Assembly: GCA_905331295.1 (NCBI GenBank)
Contig: CAJNYD010000049.1
Span: forward strand, 62,001 to 126,000
DNA: 64,000 bases
Direction: 5' to 3'
DNA from: Rotaria socialis
Taxonomy: Eukaryota
Position 1 is the stretch's first letter; each line of letters begins with the position of its first letter. Below the pieces are notes generated by a model. The model saw nothing but the letters and a program-made list of their open reading frames with translations, was not told the DNA's origin and did not search any database. Positions 36,177-51,900 of this stretch are shown one piece after another. Position numbers and translations under genes: made by a program.

Positions 36177-36512
36177 CCCAGTTGAAAACAAATACGGTTG
36201 TATACTTGACCCTAGAATTGTGACCGTGTTTCGTCGTATACTGCGCTAATACTGGTAGTATATGATCGTGAACAGTAAGAATACCAGAAATGACGCGGAC
36301 GACACAACCTAAACACACTCGTCGTATTCTTGCTGTTTACTACCGTATACTATCAGTATTAACGCAGTATACGATGAAACACGGTCGCAATTCTAGGTTC
36401 ATGCATATGACGCCATATGTCTCTACCTGAGATTGTAGTTTTTTTAATCATCCGCAGGCCGATGCTTCCAGTGGTTTCCTGTGTGAACCGGCCCGCACTT
36501 TTCTACCTGGGC
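36177..36512. mobile_element. Degenerate CCCAG...CTGGG MITE sequence(s)
   Basis: CCCAG start. Internal inverted match (CTAGAATTGTGACCGTGTTTCGTCGTATACTGCG vs CGCAGTATACGATGAAACACGGTCGCAATTCTAG). CTACCTG(A/G)G ends at ~36431 and 36512. Confidence 0.55.
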
Positions 36513-37836
36513 CATATCAATGAGTTGTAATGCGTTTTCCCCTCTATCTTTCGATTAAAATGCATTTAAACACCATTTTATCATTTTTATGTCTGTATGG
36601 ATTGTATTAGATCTCAAACTAATTGTTATGGACGTGAAATTTTAATTCTCTATCGAATGATATCATGCGCCCATCAATAGACACATTCACTCGTGCATTC
36701 TGATGATTCGTTCGATTAATTTGTACAGTTGAAATATCAGAAAAATATTCAACATTCTCTGTCTCTTTCGATCGAGATTTGTAAAAAATAATGAATTACT
36801 CAAATAGAACATACAATCTCTCACGAGATGAGATAATATCTACAAAAGTTTTAGTTTGAATTGTTGCATAATAATTTCTTCGGTGTAAATGTTTTGACCG
36901 ATTTCAATTAGAGGAAAAAATCGACGGTTAATTGAATCATGAAAATACAAATCTATAATATATGTATTCAATAGAAAAACGAAGAGAAATCGATCACGAC
37001 ACCATGTTGTTACTACCATTTGCTTTGTCATGTTTTGATAAACTTCAAGTTTTCTGATGCATATTAGTCGATTGTCATTCAACATGTGAATAATACAACT
37101 ACAGATAGTATGATACGAGTTTCTAACTGGTTTCAATTGCAAAACTTGTTTCAGAGACCTTGATATATAGTAGCTATGTGTATATATTTCGTGTACACTT
37201 TTTAACAAGCTTGTGGCTCTTCTTGACTAACGATTTGTATTTTTTTCCGTTCGATTTATTACGTATGAATGCTGGCAAAGATCATTCTAGCACTCGAAAT
37301 TTCCATGCCAAGGTCAATGCGAAGGTTGACGAAGTTTAAAAAAAGTAATTTCACACGTTCTTGCAACTATCTTCAATAGCATCGATGTTTTTTTTTTATT
37401 GTATTAAATACGTTTGTTCTAGAACTGAACATTTACTCAACGTATTATATTCTAATAAAGACGAAATCTAAATATTCAATTCTTGCTCGTTTAACGAAAT
37501 AAACATAACTTCAATATGCAAGTCATATCTCAATATAAGTGATCGCACGAATACATTCATTTCATAGTGGTTTCGTGCTTGTTCTTTGTGTTATTCTTTT
37601 TTTTTGAAAAGCAATCATTAAAATGATGAGGTCTCATTGAATTTCACAAAAGACTAGATAGAAGTATCTGAGTTTGTTTTCTTTTGCATTTCTTTTTCGG
37701 TTTGATGTTGTGTATATTTGTAGCAATTACGAATAAAAAAACAAAATAAAAACTGAAATTCTATTAATTTTATAACTACTAGAATAAGCATTTATGAATA
37801 GCATTTCTATTTCGAATTTTTTTCTTCCCTCTGATT

Positions 37837-39868
37837 TTATTTTTTTTCTAACTCATTTGTTGTGTCTGTTTGCAAAAGTTGATCGATTTGTAAGACATTC
37901 TTAAGAATTTGTAGAATAATAGTATAATCTTCATAGACAATTGGTGCATCACTAAGGCATAGAATGTGATCATTTTCTTGTCGTGGCGAAACAGCAGATA
38001 CCGATTCAGTTTGATAAGCTAAACATAAACAATGAAATAGAAAAGAAAATATAATAATGAAGTTCTATACTCGATATTTGATCATGATTGATTTGTGAAA
38101 TATTTTCGAATGAATGAAATTTTACTTGTGTTACATCTGTTATTCTGGATTGGGACTCTTGAAATGGTTGATCACTATGATCATCTTCGATTTCATTGTA
38201 ATTATTTGAAGTAATTTTAGAAATAGCAGTTACAGTTGATCCTAAATCTTCGTATACAAATGGATCGATTTTAAATTTAATTAAAGATTTATCTAAAGAA
38301 GTTTGTATATACATATACGTAACTAAATTGGAAAGATTTCTAAGGTTTCTTTACCTTCGACTTTTGCCATATGCATTTGCTCTTGTGAATTATTACAACG
38401 ATTTCTATATTCAGGATCGAATTCATAGGTAACTTCATAACATTCAGAAAATGTATCTCCGTTTGGATGAACAATATATAATCTTTCTTCAATATTACTA
38501 TTATTATCTTCTGTTTGTTCATTATCTATGTGAATTGATGATTTGATATCATTTATTTTTAAATTAACTGTTTTTGTTGATATAAATGGATTAGACTCAG
38601 TAATATTTGCTGATATGTCAATAGATGACGGTAGGTTCTTTTCATTTTTATCTATTATTGTTATTTGAGAATCTGATGGCAATTGTCGAATACTAGAATA
38701 GCCATTTATTGATGATAACTTATGATCACTAATTAATATTGGACTACGAGGAATGATAGTTTCATTTGTTGTAAGTTTTTGTTCAACTAAAATAGAATCA
38801 AGCAATTGATAGGTTCGAGAGAAAAAAAATTAAATATTTGCTTTACTTTGATTATTAATTTTATTTGGTGTTGTTTGTTTTGATTCATCTACTTGATTAT
38901 CTTTTAAATTAATGTTAGTTGATGTATTTTCAATCATAGTTGGTTTATTTTCAATTTCGATATTAGTCGATACTGCTGATGGTTGTTTTCGTTTGAGTCT
39001 AAAATGTTTTCGTTTGATAAAGAAAATTTTCGGGGCTACAAATTTCGATGTTGAATTTTCAATTTTAGTTGTCTTTTTTAATAGTTTTGGTGCTTGAAAA
39101 TTTTCCGTTATAACTTCAACATCAGGAAGAACAGGAATAATTGTTATTTCGTTAACATTTGATGATGGTTTTGATTTACAGTTTGCTGTAAATGCTCGAC
39201 TTAAATTACGTAGGCCAACAGCTAAACGTTTTGTGTTTATCAATGGTGAATTTATTTCTGGTTGATTTTGATTCGATGCAAGAGTATTGTCACGTAAATT
39301 TTTCGATATAGGACATATTGGAGCACGTCTTTTGACGCATAGCTCTTGTTGACTTTTTGTCTCATGTAATTGATCATGACCATTTGTAATACTTGAAATA
39401 TCAATGGACGGTAATGATAAATAATGAACATTCGGTACACGAAGAATTAAATCAGATAGATTTTCATCATCTTCGTGTTGTTCAATACGAACTATGGAAC
39501 CATGATAAATTGGTATTGATAAAGGTTTATCATTTTTCAATGAAAAAAATGACCTTTGATCAAGATTTTCAACTGAATGTGATACCGGTGAAACAGATTC
39601 TTTAATATCAGGAACTGTAAGCTAGATTATATTGTAAGCTAAACATTTTTATTTTTATTTTACTATTAAAATAAAACTTACAATCATAGATATAGTACGC
39701 TTTTGCAGAAGCGTCGTCATTGCTACTGAGCCTAGCAATGGAGAGAAGCAACAGCAACGCAAGCTTCTGTGTCTGCAGCAACAGTAAACAAACACAATGA
39801 TTCTGATTCTAAGTTCTATATAAGGACAATTAGTCTTCCTACTCGGTTTTGTTATCAATACTTGGCAT
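37837..39868 (-). CDS. Uncharacterised multi-exon, low-complexity (I/N/S/E-rich) protein
   Basis: Consecutive long ORFs (38830-39540, 38323-38805, 38006-38314) separated by intron-sized gaps. The terminal exon ends with TAA at 37839-37837. The start codon is tentative. Confidence 0.65.
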
Positions 39869-40589
39869 CTGTTACCTTCTGACAAAAACAAAAATAAAAG
39901 ATCGATCAAGAAAAAGAAAGACTCAAATTACACAAACTATAGAAACAATCAACAGACATAAAAAGAATAACAGAATTTAATAAGCTAGATATGCGAATAG
40001 AAACTAGCAAATTGAAAAAAATCGAATTCGCTTTTGTTTCGAGTGGGATCGGAACTAGAGCAGCTGATCTTATTCATGTCTAATTAAGCATCTAAAAACA
40101 AGTCTAAAATAGTGATGTTTACATTGACAAAGTTTTGTCTCTTTTAGACATACCTAGTGTATATCGTTTTGATCTCGACTACAAAAAAAATTGACTTGTA
40201 TAGTGTTTCTTTTTATTTGAAGTATTTGTCGACAATGTGAATATTCAACAATTTAGATTACTCTTTCTAGCAACTAGAATTCATTTCAGTATCTTATTGA
40301 TAAATAAATGTGGAAACTTCGGATTTCATCCGAGAGTTATGTGTACTGCAAAAAGTGCATGGGACATATGAGCCATTCTAGGATGTCTGAACACGAAAAT
40401 TATCATGAGAAACTAGACAATTTGATTTCTGGATGCAGTTTTGTGCATTTTGAGACTTTTTTCAGGACGATGTTTCGTTAGAAAGCTACGGTTTAGTTCA
40501 AAACTAATATCAGATTCGGAATCAGCGTTAAAAACTGAATCGGTTTATATGTGTTGTGAATAATTCTGAGAAAAATTTGTTTTTTGAAA

Positions 40590-40825
40590 CCAAATCCCTG
40601 TACTCCCCCTCAGGGATGGTCTGCTCAAAAATGACAATTTTTTCAATAACTCAACCATTTCTTGAGGGATCCTTCTCATCTTCGAACTCGACCGAGATAT
40701 TCATGAGATTGAAATGTGTGGAAAATATCATCACGGTCTGACTCTCCTTTCGAAAGTTATCGTGCCTACGACCGGACGGACACACTGACTGATTCCTAGA
40801 GTGTACTCACTTTTTGAGTACACAA
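40590..40825 (+). mobile_element. Putative non-autonomous Helentron/DINE-like element
   Basis: Short GGAC microsatellite (~40770-40781) followed by a perfect 3' hairpin GTGTACTCA-CTTTT-TGAGTACAC (40801-40823). The class assignment is tentative. Confidence 0.35.
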
Positions 40826-41423
40826 GAAAGATAGTTAACATGGTTTTGTTTTGAAACATACGAATAAAAATGATGATATTTTCATTCTAGAAGTGACAGA
40901 AAACTTAGTAATGCCTCTCTCGTCTTCTGTCATTGACCATGACAGACATATTCTTAAGAATAAAATTTATTCAAGAATTAATACAAGAAATGTTTGAATA
41001 TAGCATGGTTACCCTTCGCTCTTTTTTTCTCTCTTAATACAAACTATAATATGCAATGATGGCTAGCTTTCACTATTGACATGTATTTAACAGTAGGTAG
41101 TAATTCACAAGTTGATATCTATGCCATTGAATTATTTTTTTTCTTTACAATGTCAACAGTTCTGTTATGTTTGACATTTTTCTCCTGTACGGATTGCATT
41201 AACACTTTTTTCTTTCATAATATGTTAGTTAATATATGTAGATTTTCTAATTCTTTTCACCTTGAAATGGTACATCAATTATAGAATAAATAGGCATAAA
41301 AGAAACGAAAAGAAAAAAAGACACGAATACAATACTAAAAGAAATAGAAAATGAACAATACTTATAAACTCTTTTAACACATTATAGCAATTAGGAGAAG
41401 AAAACTGAAATTCTTTTTTTCTC

Positions 41424-44400
41424 TCAAAAATTTATGGATTCATGAATAACTGAAAGCTTCAGATTATTATTATTTAAACCTTGTTGAACCAGTATGAGAA
41501 CTTCGCTAAAGTCAAGATTCTCAGCACTAATACCATTGACATAAATAATACGATCATCTTTACGTAAACCAGCTCGATGACCTGGAGATCCGAGTTCTAC
41601 ATCACGAATACGAGGATTTAAACCTGTTTTAGCATCAGCAGATATCAAAATCCCAAGACCATCATACGAATCTGAACGTTTCAATATATAATGTCGAAGT
41701 GATGCTTCGAAGTTTTCAACAGGAGCTTTACCATTAAGAGACTCTAAAATTACATGTATAAAGACTATAATAATACATTTTTGTTGTTTTGTCTAAGAAA
41801 ACGAATAAATAATTTCTATATGCATAATATGTAAGGATAGAAGGGAAAAAAGAAATTCTTACGATTTCAGTATATATATTTTTTTTAAACTTACCGTTAG
41901 TTGCCATTAACTGAAGCATACAATAACTAGTTGTATACTATTCAAAACATTTTTTACGCTCCTTTTTCTCTGAGTAAATAATAAATCATTCAGGTAAAAA
42001 AAGAATTAAGTTTTTACTAGTTTGGAAGCATGAATTTTTTTTCTTTCTGAAGAGACTGTTCTGTTTTCTAGTTTGATATATGTATTAAAATATAGTAAAT
42101 GTATGAAGCAAAAGCTTATGCGTATTTTTAGAAGAAAAAGAAAGAAAAAGTAATACAGATTGTTGTTTAAAAAATATGTTATTTTTTTATATTCTTAGTT
42201 TACTACATGGTTACCCTGTTTGCGTTCATGATTTTGATATAAATGAGTTGTTCGATCATAGATCTTGTCGCGTTCGATTGTGGTTGATGACCTTGTATAA
42301 CTTGAATTTATATCATTATTGACATTATCTAATACAAAATAAGAAAAAGTTATTATTGAGGTATTTTGTCGTATGTAAAATAATATTATTTTTCGGCCTT
42401 ACGAGAAAATCGATTATTTGAATACTGTTGTTGATCATATAAATATTGTGGTTGATCGTGTAATCCATATTCATATGCAATTATATAGTTTTCTTCTTGC
42501 ATTTCATCACGATTTGCTTCTCGTTCATGATTTCTTGAATTATATTGATATTCATTTGTAACCGTTGGTAGAACAGTATCATGATTATTATATTTTCGTT
42601 CAATGTGAGTAGCTATTGATGTTGTTTTATGACTGTTAAGATCGTCTGTATCTTGAATGCTCCATGTTCGAAGTTCTCCGCCATCAATGAAATCATTTTT
42701 ATCCTTTGTAAAAATTGTTGTTGAACTACGATAAGTTACCGGAGTATCCGGAGGATTATAATATGTCGTTCGAGATGGTGTTAAAGATGAATGAACACGT
42801 GAGCTATCAACAGCCACACAAATAGCAGTCGCTTCTGTCGGACCAGATGATGACTGAGGAGTTAAAGGTCGAATATAGCCATCATGATGATGAGTAGAAA
42901 GTGGTGGTGGTGGTGAAATACTTCTCAGTGTACTTAGCCTTTGCCGGTCTTGATCACATTCATTTAACGTTGTTGTTGATGCCTCAAATCGTCGTGTTCG
43001 TTGGGGACTTGGTCGTTTTGATGGACGTTCATTAAAATGAAGAGGATCTGGATTCAAATGATAATGAACAATCGCACTTAACCCGGGATATTTATCAACT
43101 GAAAGCAAAAGAAAAACGAGAATTTTTAATGATTAATAAATTCTTTTGAATAAAATTTTTACTATTCGAGATCGTCGGTTTCGATGAAGTCAAACTAGTA
43201 TTATTCATAATTTCTGCATCAGGCAATGAACCATATGTACTTGAATACGATCGATTGGGTTGAACAGTATGACTTATATTTGATAATGAATTATATGTAT
43301 CATCAAGATGAGATTGAGAATTAGGTTGTTTGGATTTTTCTCTATATGATGTTTGACCTAGCGATACGTACGGTGTATTTAATTTTGGAATATCAACATC
43401 TATTGATGATGATGTTGGTGAACGTGTGTCAGAATTGTTGAGAGACGATGATGAATTACTCTTCCATTGAGTAGAATAAGCAGTTGAATTGTGTGATTGC
43501 ATTATTGATGGAGCAATAATAGGAGTTTTTTCGGCTAAGATTTGAACAGTTGTTAATGATGGAATTTCATCAATTTTACGGTGTTGTTTTGATGGAGAAA
43601 ATTTTGATGTTACAGGGCGTATTGGAGTGTTTTCGGTGAGCATTTGAGTGGCAGTTAAAGATGGTGTGTCATTCAGTTTACGTCGCTGTTTTGGTGTTAG
43701 AAAAATTTCAGTATCTGATATTGGTGATGATGAAGTATTTTGATAATAAGAATATTCAATATTTCTATCAGGTACTCGACGATTCATTGATGGTGAATGA
43801 TTATGATTTGACGTGTATGGTGGCGGTGTAATAGCATCAGCACGTGATGTCATTTCCTGAAAAATATAAAAAATCAATTTCAATATTATATTCTTTTGAA
43901 AAAAATTCTTTCTGTTTTTATCTGATCATGTATTCTCATAATTTGTATTAAATAAACAAATGAAGTGTTTTTCTTACACCCAAATAGCTTTTCGCTGTTT
44001 CATTGTATCTTCAGATTTTTTTTTTCTTCTTTCAATCATCGATTATTCGAGCAAATATCATGTCCAAAGGTCAATTTCATAGAATCGAAAGACATCGACA
44101 AATAAGATATAGGCGACATTACTTTGACAAGCAATTGCTATTGACTGTTAATATGAATCATACGAACGAAAGATAATCCTGTGACAAAAATCAATTCATC
44201 GCTTGATGATCCTGTTTTTTACCTGTTGAGATGTATTTGTATGGTCAATCACCATAAAATCACGAAATCCTTTCGTTGTTGTTTCGTAGGGTGATGCTGA
44301 GTTCATTCGTCCAATACTTCCATGTGGAAATTCAGGTGTTTTAAGCACAAAATTTGGATCATGCATCGAGATTTGATATTCTCGTTGTTGTTGCTGATGA

Positions 44401-44825
44401 TGCATAGGACTTGATATGTCTAGCGGTGTTATGGTGACCTTTTTATTCTTTTTACTATCTTTCGTTTTCGTTTTCGTTTTCGTTTTACCACTTGTTGATT
44501 CATCCTTTCTTGTTGGCGATTTTGCCTTTTTTTTCCCGAACGACCAACTAACAGAAGGTGCCCGTAGTTGAGGAGCTTCTGTAGATGCTGATATTGTTTC
44601 TGGTGATGTAGATTGTTGATATGCTCTTGCAGGTGGTGCAGGTTGCAAATGTTCAGGATTAGTGATTGTACGAGTTGGAGATGCAGAATTCTTGCGAAAT
44701 AAATTTCGAAATTTTCCACTCAGACTACGACGGTCATTTGCTTTATGAGCGTTTTCATTTCTTGTTTGAGTACGACGCGTTTGAACAGGAGATGGATTTT
44801 GTTTGGAAAATATAGTAGTAGACAT
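41424..44825 (-). CDS. Long Ser/Thr/Pro-rich disordered protein with a C-terminal PDZ domain
   Basis: ORF blocks 44196-44825, 43095-43883 and 42386-43108, plus a final exon YDGLGILI...VELGSPGHRAGLRKDDRIIYVNG. Joining all blocks into one transcript is inferred. Confidence 0.75.
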
Positions 44826-47726
44826 TTTTTTCTATACAAATAATAGGTATTTATCTATTAAAATGAATAATTAAGAGGCATATGTATAAATATAAATACG
44901 TATATAGATTTTTTTTACTTATATCTGAATATAAACGTATACCGTATGCATATAATTAGACACGCGCAAGCACTTTTATTCTTGCTGAGAATAAGAGATC
45001 TATTAGCATTATGATGACAAACGACGTCGTTCGTTTTATTTTTAAAAGTTTTATATTGCTCTGCTCGATGAAATATTTCTTCTCATAATCTCTCCTCTTC
45101 TTTTTTCCTCTCCCCTCACTCTCTTTCGTTTAGATTTAGATTTATATATATATATATATATTTACAACTCAAGAAAAGAGAGAGAGAGAAAGAAATAAAA
45201 AAAAAAAAGACGGAAGCAAATATAAAGAAAGCAAGTTGATAAAATACGATTCCTCTTCGTCAGGATTGAATTCTATTGATCGAACAGTTCAAAAACGATT
45301 GAATACATATATATATATATATATATCAATTACTCTGTTTGATTATAATCATCTAAGTTTTTCTTGGTCGTGTTTTATATTTATAAGTGTTTTTTTTTAT
45401 TCGTGTTTTATAACCGAATGCTTATGGCAGCGAAACTCTTCATGTTGCCAAACAATTCTTTGTTTTTTATTTAACCTTCAGTGATTCTTTTTTTCTAATA
45501 TCAGTCTGTGAATAAAATTAAAATGCTAATCTCTAGAATTCTTTTTTTCGAATTATTCAACTCTTGTTCGCCCGTACTTTCTCGATAATTTTTACAGATG
45601 AAAAATAAAACTGTATCGAATTAGGTATATGAGGAAAAAAAGGAATATGTAAGAACAATTTTTGAATTACTCCTTATTCCACTTCAACCATTTTGATAAT
45701 AAAAAGTATTTGTGTATGTCTTTTCTATTCATATAACCGTGCTGTGTCATTTCTTTTCTTTTTACTACTACAACAACAACAACATCACGTTCTTTACAGC
45801 CTCGTATTCGTCGGTGATGACTGTTCTGTATATTATAAATATACATATTTATGTATATAAAATAACAACAAAAGAAATTGCTAAGAGCAATAAAGTTTTC
45901 AACATCGAATAATTGGAATTTGATCTTATGGAATCGTTTTACAGTTTACTGAAAGAGATGCATTTATGTTTTGTAAGATTAAGAGAATAAGAGAAACAAC
46001 GACGATAACAAATATCTAATGATTAGACTCAACGATATATAATAGTTGTTGACTTAACATACAGTTATATATTCATACAATATGTATATGCACTTTAAAG
46101 CGTCGATTCTCTTCGCTTGATTGCAGACGACATTTGTATGACAAAACTACCTCTAAAATCTTTCGCTATTATGCTCATGTATATGGTTCAAGGCAATGAA
46201 TCAAGAAAAAGAACCAGTTAGAAAAAGAATGGCTCGATAAACTGGCGTCGTTGATATTTATATTAGTCATTGGAAATCTATTATAAATAATCGAACTACT
46301 TTAATTGATAAGCAAACATAGAGATGAATTGAATCAAATACAATAAAATAGAAACTAATTCTTTCTAATTATTTACATTTTACTTATTATAAAAGTAGTC
46401 ATCACCTGCTGATCGAAAATTATTTTTTCAATAATGTGCTTATGAATCGTCATTAAACTTCTAAGAGATTCTTTTTTTAGCTATTTTATTCTTCGAAATT
46501 CAAGTTAAGTAAAAAAAAATGAACGAGTCACTTTAATCGAAAAACCATTGAATTTGATCTGACGGTACAAGGAGAGTAGCTTTATGGATTATAATAGTTA
46601 CTCATTTGAATAAATATAACTATAATCGATTATAAGTAAAATATTAGAGTATGATCAGTCAAAGCTAAGAACTTGATTAATAAAAAAAACCTTTTAAATT
46701 ATTCATGAAATGTTTTTTGAATGATAAATGATTCATTTTTTTTGTCCACGAAAATTAGTAATACCTACAAAAAAAACAAAAATGTCTTAACTTACAAATA
46801 TTTTATTATCTACTGTTGAATAGAAAATCTCTTATAGTTTTGTATGGAATATTAAAATTTGCACATATTAAATACTGAATGTAATCTAGTATGATTCAAT
46901 AACAAAACGATAAACATGAAACTACTCGATTATTCATGCTATTAAGCATACGCAAACAATTGTCATACCAAACATTATAGACTAGTATTTGTTCATCACA
47001 GTATCTAGGACTTCTTTTCTTTCGTTTCTTTATACTTTTTTAAACATCCCATTGTTGATAAATAATGTGCTGACATTATTTTACATATAAAACGAGGTGA
47101 AGTGATCGCCTACAAAAAAGACAAGCGAATGAATTGTTTCAATGTAGCGAAAATTTAGTTAATCTTTTGTCGCCGGTGATATTTATCATTACTTAATGAT
47201 GTAGGCAATATTGTTTCCTAATAGAACGCTACTGTTAACCAATCAAGTTATTGAATAACTCAAAGTAAAATTCTTATATTTACGTCAATATTGAGAGATT
47301 CGACCCGAAAACCTTCAAAACTCGATATTTCAAATATTTGTTAACTTTCAAAAGTCTCTAAGTCGTTTTTCGATATATGCAAAACTATGTTGAAAGATTT
47401 TGTTGATTAGAAAAAATTTATCAAGTTACATGTGACATAAGAAAATATGCTACTGAAAAAATTCGTTCGATCGAAAATTTTCAGTAGCATCAAGATGTAA
47501 GCCAATCGGTAAACAGTTGCAATAGAACATAGGCTTAAATAATATTACAGTATTTTATGATTGATATTTAAAATCATAGCTAATCAAAATATTTGAATTT
47601 CACTGCGAGAACACGCCTATATGTTGAAATAGTTTTATCTTAATATTTTTGTTACAATTGAGGAAAATTAAAAATAAACAAATTATCAAATGCGTCTTTT
47701 TTTCGTATAAATATTAGCTAGTTAAA

Positions 47727-48866
47727 TTAATGATTTTTCTTCTTTCCAGTTAAGATTTTCTTTTTCACTGGTTTGGCCGTAGCTGCTACTAGAGCTGTTC
47801 CTTCGTCGATTAATTGTTGTTCTCGAGCAGCTAGTTCTTGTAAGCGTATCCGTTCAATTTCAAGAAATCTTTGTCGAAATGCTTCACGTGGTTCATTCAT
47901 AGTACGACGAATATGATCAGTTTTAGCTTGTAAATCAACATAATCTTCTAGTTGACGAATCTTTTCTTTATATCGATTACTTTGATCTACTTGACGAGTT
48001 TGCCGAATTTCATCCATATGTTTAGAATATTCAGTAAAATTATTCTGACGAATTTGTAGATCTTCTTTTTCAAACAAATCATAGTTTACAATTGATCCAT
48101 CTGAAAGTAATTTTTGTCTGAAAGAGCAAAAAAGAAAGTCATATTATATATAAATTTATTTGGTCAATCATTAAGATTTTGATTTACTTGAGAAAAGGTG
48201 TTAAATCTAATGGCGGTAAAGCAGCTTTAAATTTGATTGATGGTGGTGGTTCATCTAGAAGCGATTCGTCGGCTTGTGATGCTGACGAAGTAAATGATTC
48301 TGCAAGTTCTGTTTGTTTAGAAATTTCATCTTTCGCAGATCCTTTTTTTGTTGATGAAACATTTTTCTTTGTTGGTGACGTTTGTTTGATAACTTGTTGT
48401 GACTCGATAGTTGACGAAGTGATAATACAATTTGTTTCTTCATCAGTGTGAATTTCTGAAACAATTGTTGTATCATCAGTTATTTCAGATGATGAAACTT
48501 CATCAGTTTTTGTTTGTAAAGAATCAAGAAATCTTTGTCTGCTCTCCATAGCGTTTTCAGCACGGCCAGCTTGAAGTGTTTCCCATGCTCTTTTCATATT
48601 CATCAATTTTTCCTTGCGTTCAGTATCTTTTCTTATTATTAATTCGTCCTAATCAAAAACAAATAGATAGATGTACTCTCATTTTTCAGGAATCATTTTG
48701 TTATTCATACAGCTTTATCTGCATCGGATATAATTCGTAGAATCCAATGAGGTTTAGTTCTGTCAATTGTTTTTTCTATATTTTCTTTTGATGATTTAGC
48801 ACGACTTGATGGTGACGTTATACCTCTTCCACTTGCACCAGTACTCGTTTTTGCTTTATTGGTTGC

Positions 48867-48900
<34 letters not shown>

Positions 48901-51900
48901 GCTACGTTAGAATTTGTTTGCCCTGTTCGTCTTTTACTTGGTGAAGTGCTAACTGATCGATCGATTTTGATCGGCGATGATTGTCGATTAAAAACTGTTT
49001 TTACAAATGTATTGATCAGCGCATAGCAAATTAGCAATGAACAAACTTTTTTTACCTTTCATTTCATTTTTTTCTTGTTCTTCAAGTTGCTCAACGAATC
49101 GCCATTGATCTTCTGTTAGAGGCCATGATTTACGAAGAACTGTGACTTGTATAATATATTTATGATTCTAAAGAAATTTGTTAAAAGAAAGAAAATAGAT
49201 TGTTTCAATGGCAACTTTTATAGAATTTTACTTTATCTTCTTCATCAGCTATTGGTAATCCAACTTGACTATTTGATTTCTAAAAGAAATAATTTACGAA
49301 TTGGTTTTTATTCGAGCGCAAAAGTTTAAGATTGGCATGAATTCGAGAAAATTTCATCAAACTGTCCTATAAGTACACAATATCAAATAAAAATATTCAT
49401 CCTTTTGATACGCTATTCGACTATAATTATTAATAATATCTATCGATTTTGATTAACTATTATTTATAAGTCTAATTTATCCAGAGGTGTATGCAAACGC
49501 TTGCCAATTATTTGCGATTCGTCCGACCAATGGCAACATTCGTCGTACTGTTATGAGATGAGTGTATCATAACACATAATTGAATCATGCCATTTCAAGT
49601 ATGTCCCGAAGACACTTATTATAAAACACAGGTAACATCAGTTAATCATACGTAGGTTTTATTTTTATGATAAATCAAGTAAAATTAAATGCATATGTTG
49701 AATAATGATGCATGATTTGAAGGTTTTGACAAAACTGTAAACTAATTTAGATAAGTATAATGAAAATTTATGTCGTTGCTGTTTCCTTACACTCTGATGA
49801 TTACTTCTTCAAATGTTGATAATAAACTATTAGAAACTTAAACGAATCAATGTAAATCTTAACTTACCCTTCTCATGCCATTTGTAGTTCCATCTTTGTC
49901 TTGATAGGTGTTATTTACATCTTTTTTATTGCGCGTTCCTAAATCAATATAAAATTAAGAATAAACTAAAAGGATTAACGATTTCAACCTGTTGGTAATT
50001 TCGATGGTGGTCTTGATGATGATTGTGATGGTACTGCTTTTGTTATTGTGCGCATAAAAAGTATTGCAGGTAACACAAGACATCCTTTTCCTTCAACACT
50101 GACAATTTCTTCATTATTATCTAAGACCGTTAATCGCATTAGTACATCAGATTTCGATGCAGTAAATTGAACGCTTGCCAAATGAAAATTTAAACCAGTC
50201 TGATTAATATTATCAGTAATATTAACACGATATCTAAGAGAAAGAAAATAGAAACAAAACACAACTAATATGTACTCATTCTGCTTAAAATATATATTTA
50301 ACCTGCATAATACTTGTTCTCTATTGGGAACGTAATAGTCAATAAGTTCTTTAGTAGTAAATAATGATTTTATTTGATCAGTATTCGTGTCAGGTAAAAC
50401 TGTATATGATGAGATGAGACGAAGACGAAAACGATCACTTAGTATTGCTTGCTCCAGTGATATTCCTTCAGCAAAAAATGTATAGCCATTCTATGGATTC
50501 GATAAAAACAAAAATAGATTTCAATATTCATGTGTTTTTCTTTGCATAAAAAAAAATGATAGGATTTACTTTATTTTTAGTAAATACTCCTGGTCGTAAT
50601 TTATTGAATACTAATGGCATTTCATCATATGTATCATTATTAATTACACGTAAAAGTGTGTTTGGTAAATGTGAAAGAAATTTAGCAGCAATTAAACTAT
50701 CTTCATTGAAATGAAAAATTTGACTGAAAGAAAAACGAATGTTTTTATTTGTTTTTTTGAAATAAAATTAATGAGCATTTTGATTTTCTACCGTAATAAA
50801 ACAAACCAATGGTTGGCTGGTTGTTCTTGATATATTCCATTATAATCTCGATACGTGATCATATTCCAATCATCGTGACGAAATGAAAAACATTGAACTA
50901 ATTCGGGTTTCATTGATAGGAAAGTTCTTTTATGAGGAAATCAACGTAGAACAAATATTTTAATTAATTAGAAAACTTACCTAAATAGAAGTAAACTGGA
51001 TTTCTTTTGATCAGCTTTAAGTGAAGACATGCTCGATTGTAATATTTGTTGAATACGCAAATTTTTTTCAGTACCAGGCATACGAGCAAGTGCAATACGA
51101 CGTTGTAAAAATCCTCGAATACTTTTTTGAATATTCACTATAGATATCATCTCATGTTCACTTAATTCTTGTGTTAATAGACTCGATGAAGATTCTTCTT
51201 AAATTGCTTAGAATTTAAATTTCATCATTTATTCAACTCTGAAAATTACCTTGTCTATCTGCTGTCGATGGTGGTTGTTGCTTTAGAGTAGTTTTATCGT
51301 CAGAACTCTTGTCTCTACTTCCGACAGTTTTTTTATTTGTAATATTTGTTCCTGTAGGTACAGAAGAACTTCCAATGATTCGAGCTGAATGACGACTTGG
51401 ACTTCTAACAACTAGAAGAAAAAAAGAAATCCTTTCATTACTCGCATAACATAAAAGATTACTATAGTAAATCTCATATATAAACAGGTAGATTTCATAC
51501 TCCTATTTGACAATAGACGAATCGAGAGATTTCAAAAATTTACAATAAACGTGCTTTCAGTGGTACATAAATAAAAATAATAAATTTTGATTTTATCACA
51601 AGTGTTATGATGAAATGTCATGTCTAATGGGAATACACTCTACTTGATTCCAAAGAAAAATGATAATCCATACGAGTAGTTACATGATTACTTAGTGACT
51701 ATTCCTATGAGATGTGTACTGAAGCGTAACGTTAAATCATTATCTAATAATGTAGAATATGTAAAATGAGTTCCTGAAGTGCGTGTTCAAGTATAGAAAG
51801 AAATCATGTCAGACAACATTCTAAAGTTTCACAAAAAATGTATTTGCTAACATGGTGGACATCTCTCGTAGAGGACGCTATAACATTTCCCTTTTCTTTT

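Noticed and set aside
36840..37208. 122-aa minus-strand ORF
   Set aside because: Non-ATG start, no recognisable domain and no convincing exon chain.
48868..48900. (GTT)n microsatellite
   Set aside because: It encodes a poly-Thr tract in a disordered androglobin exon and is unremarkable.
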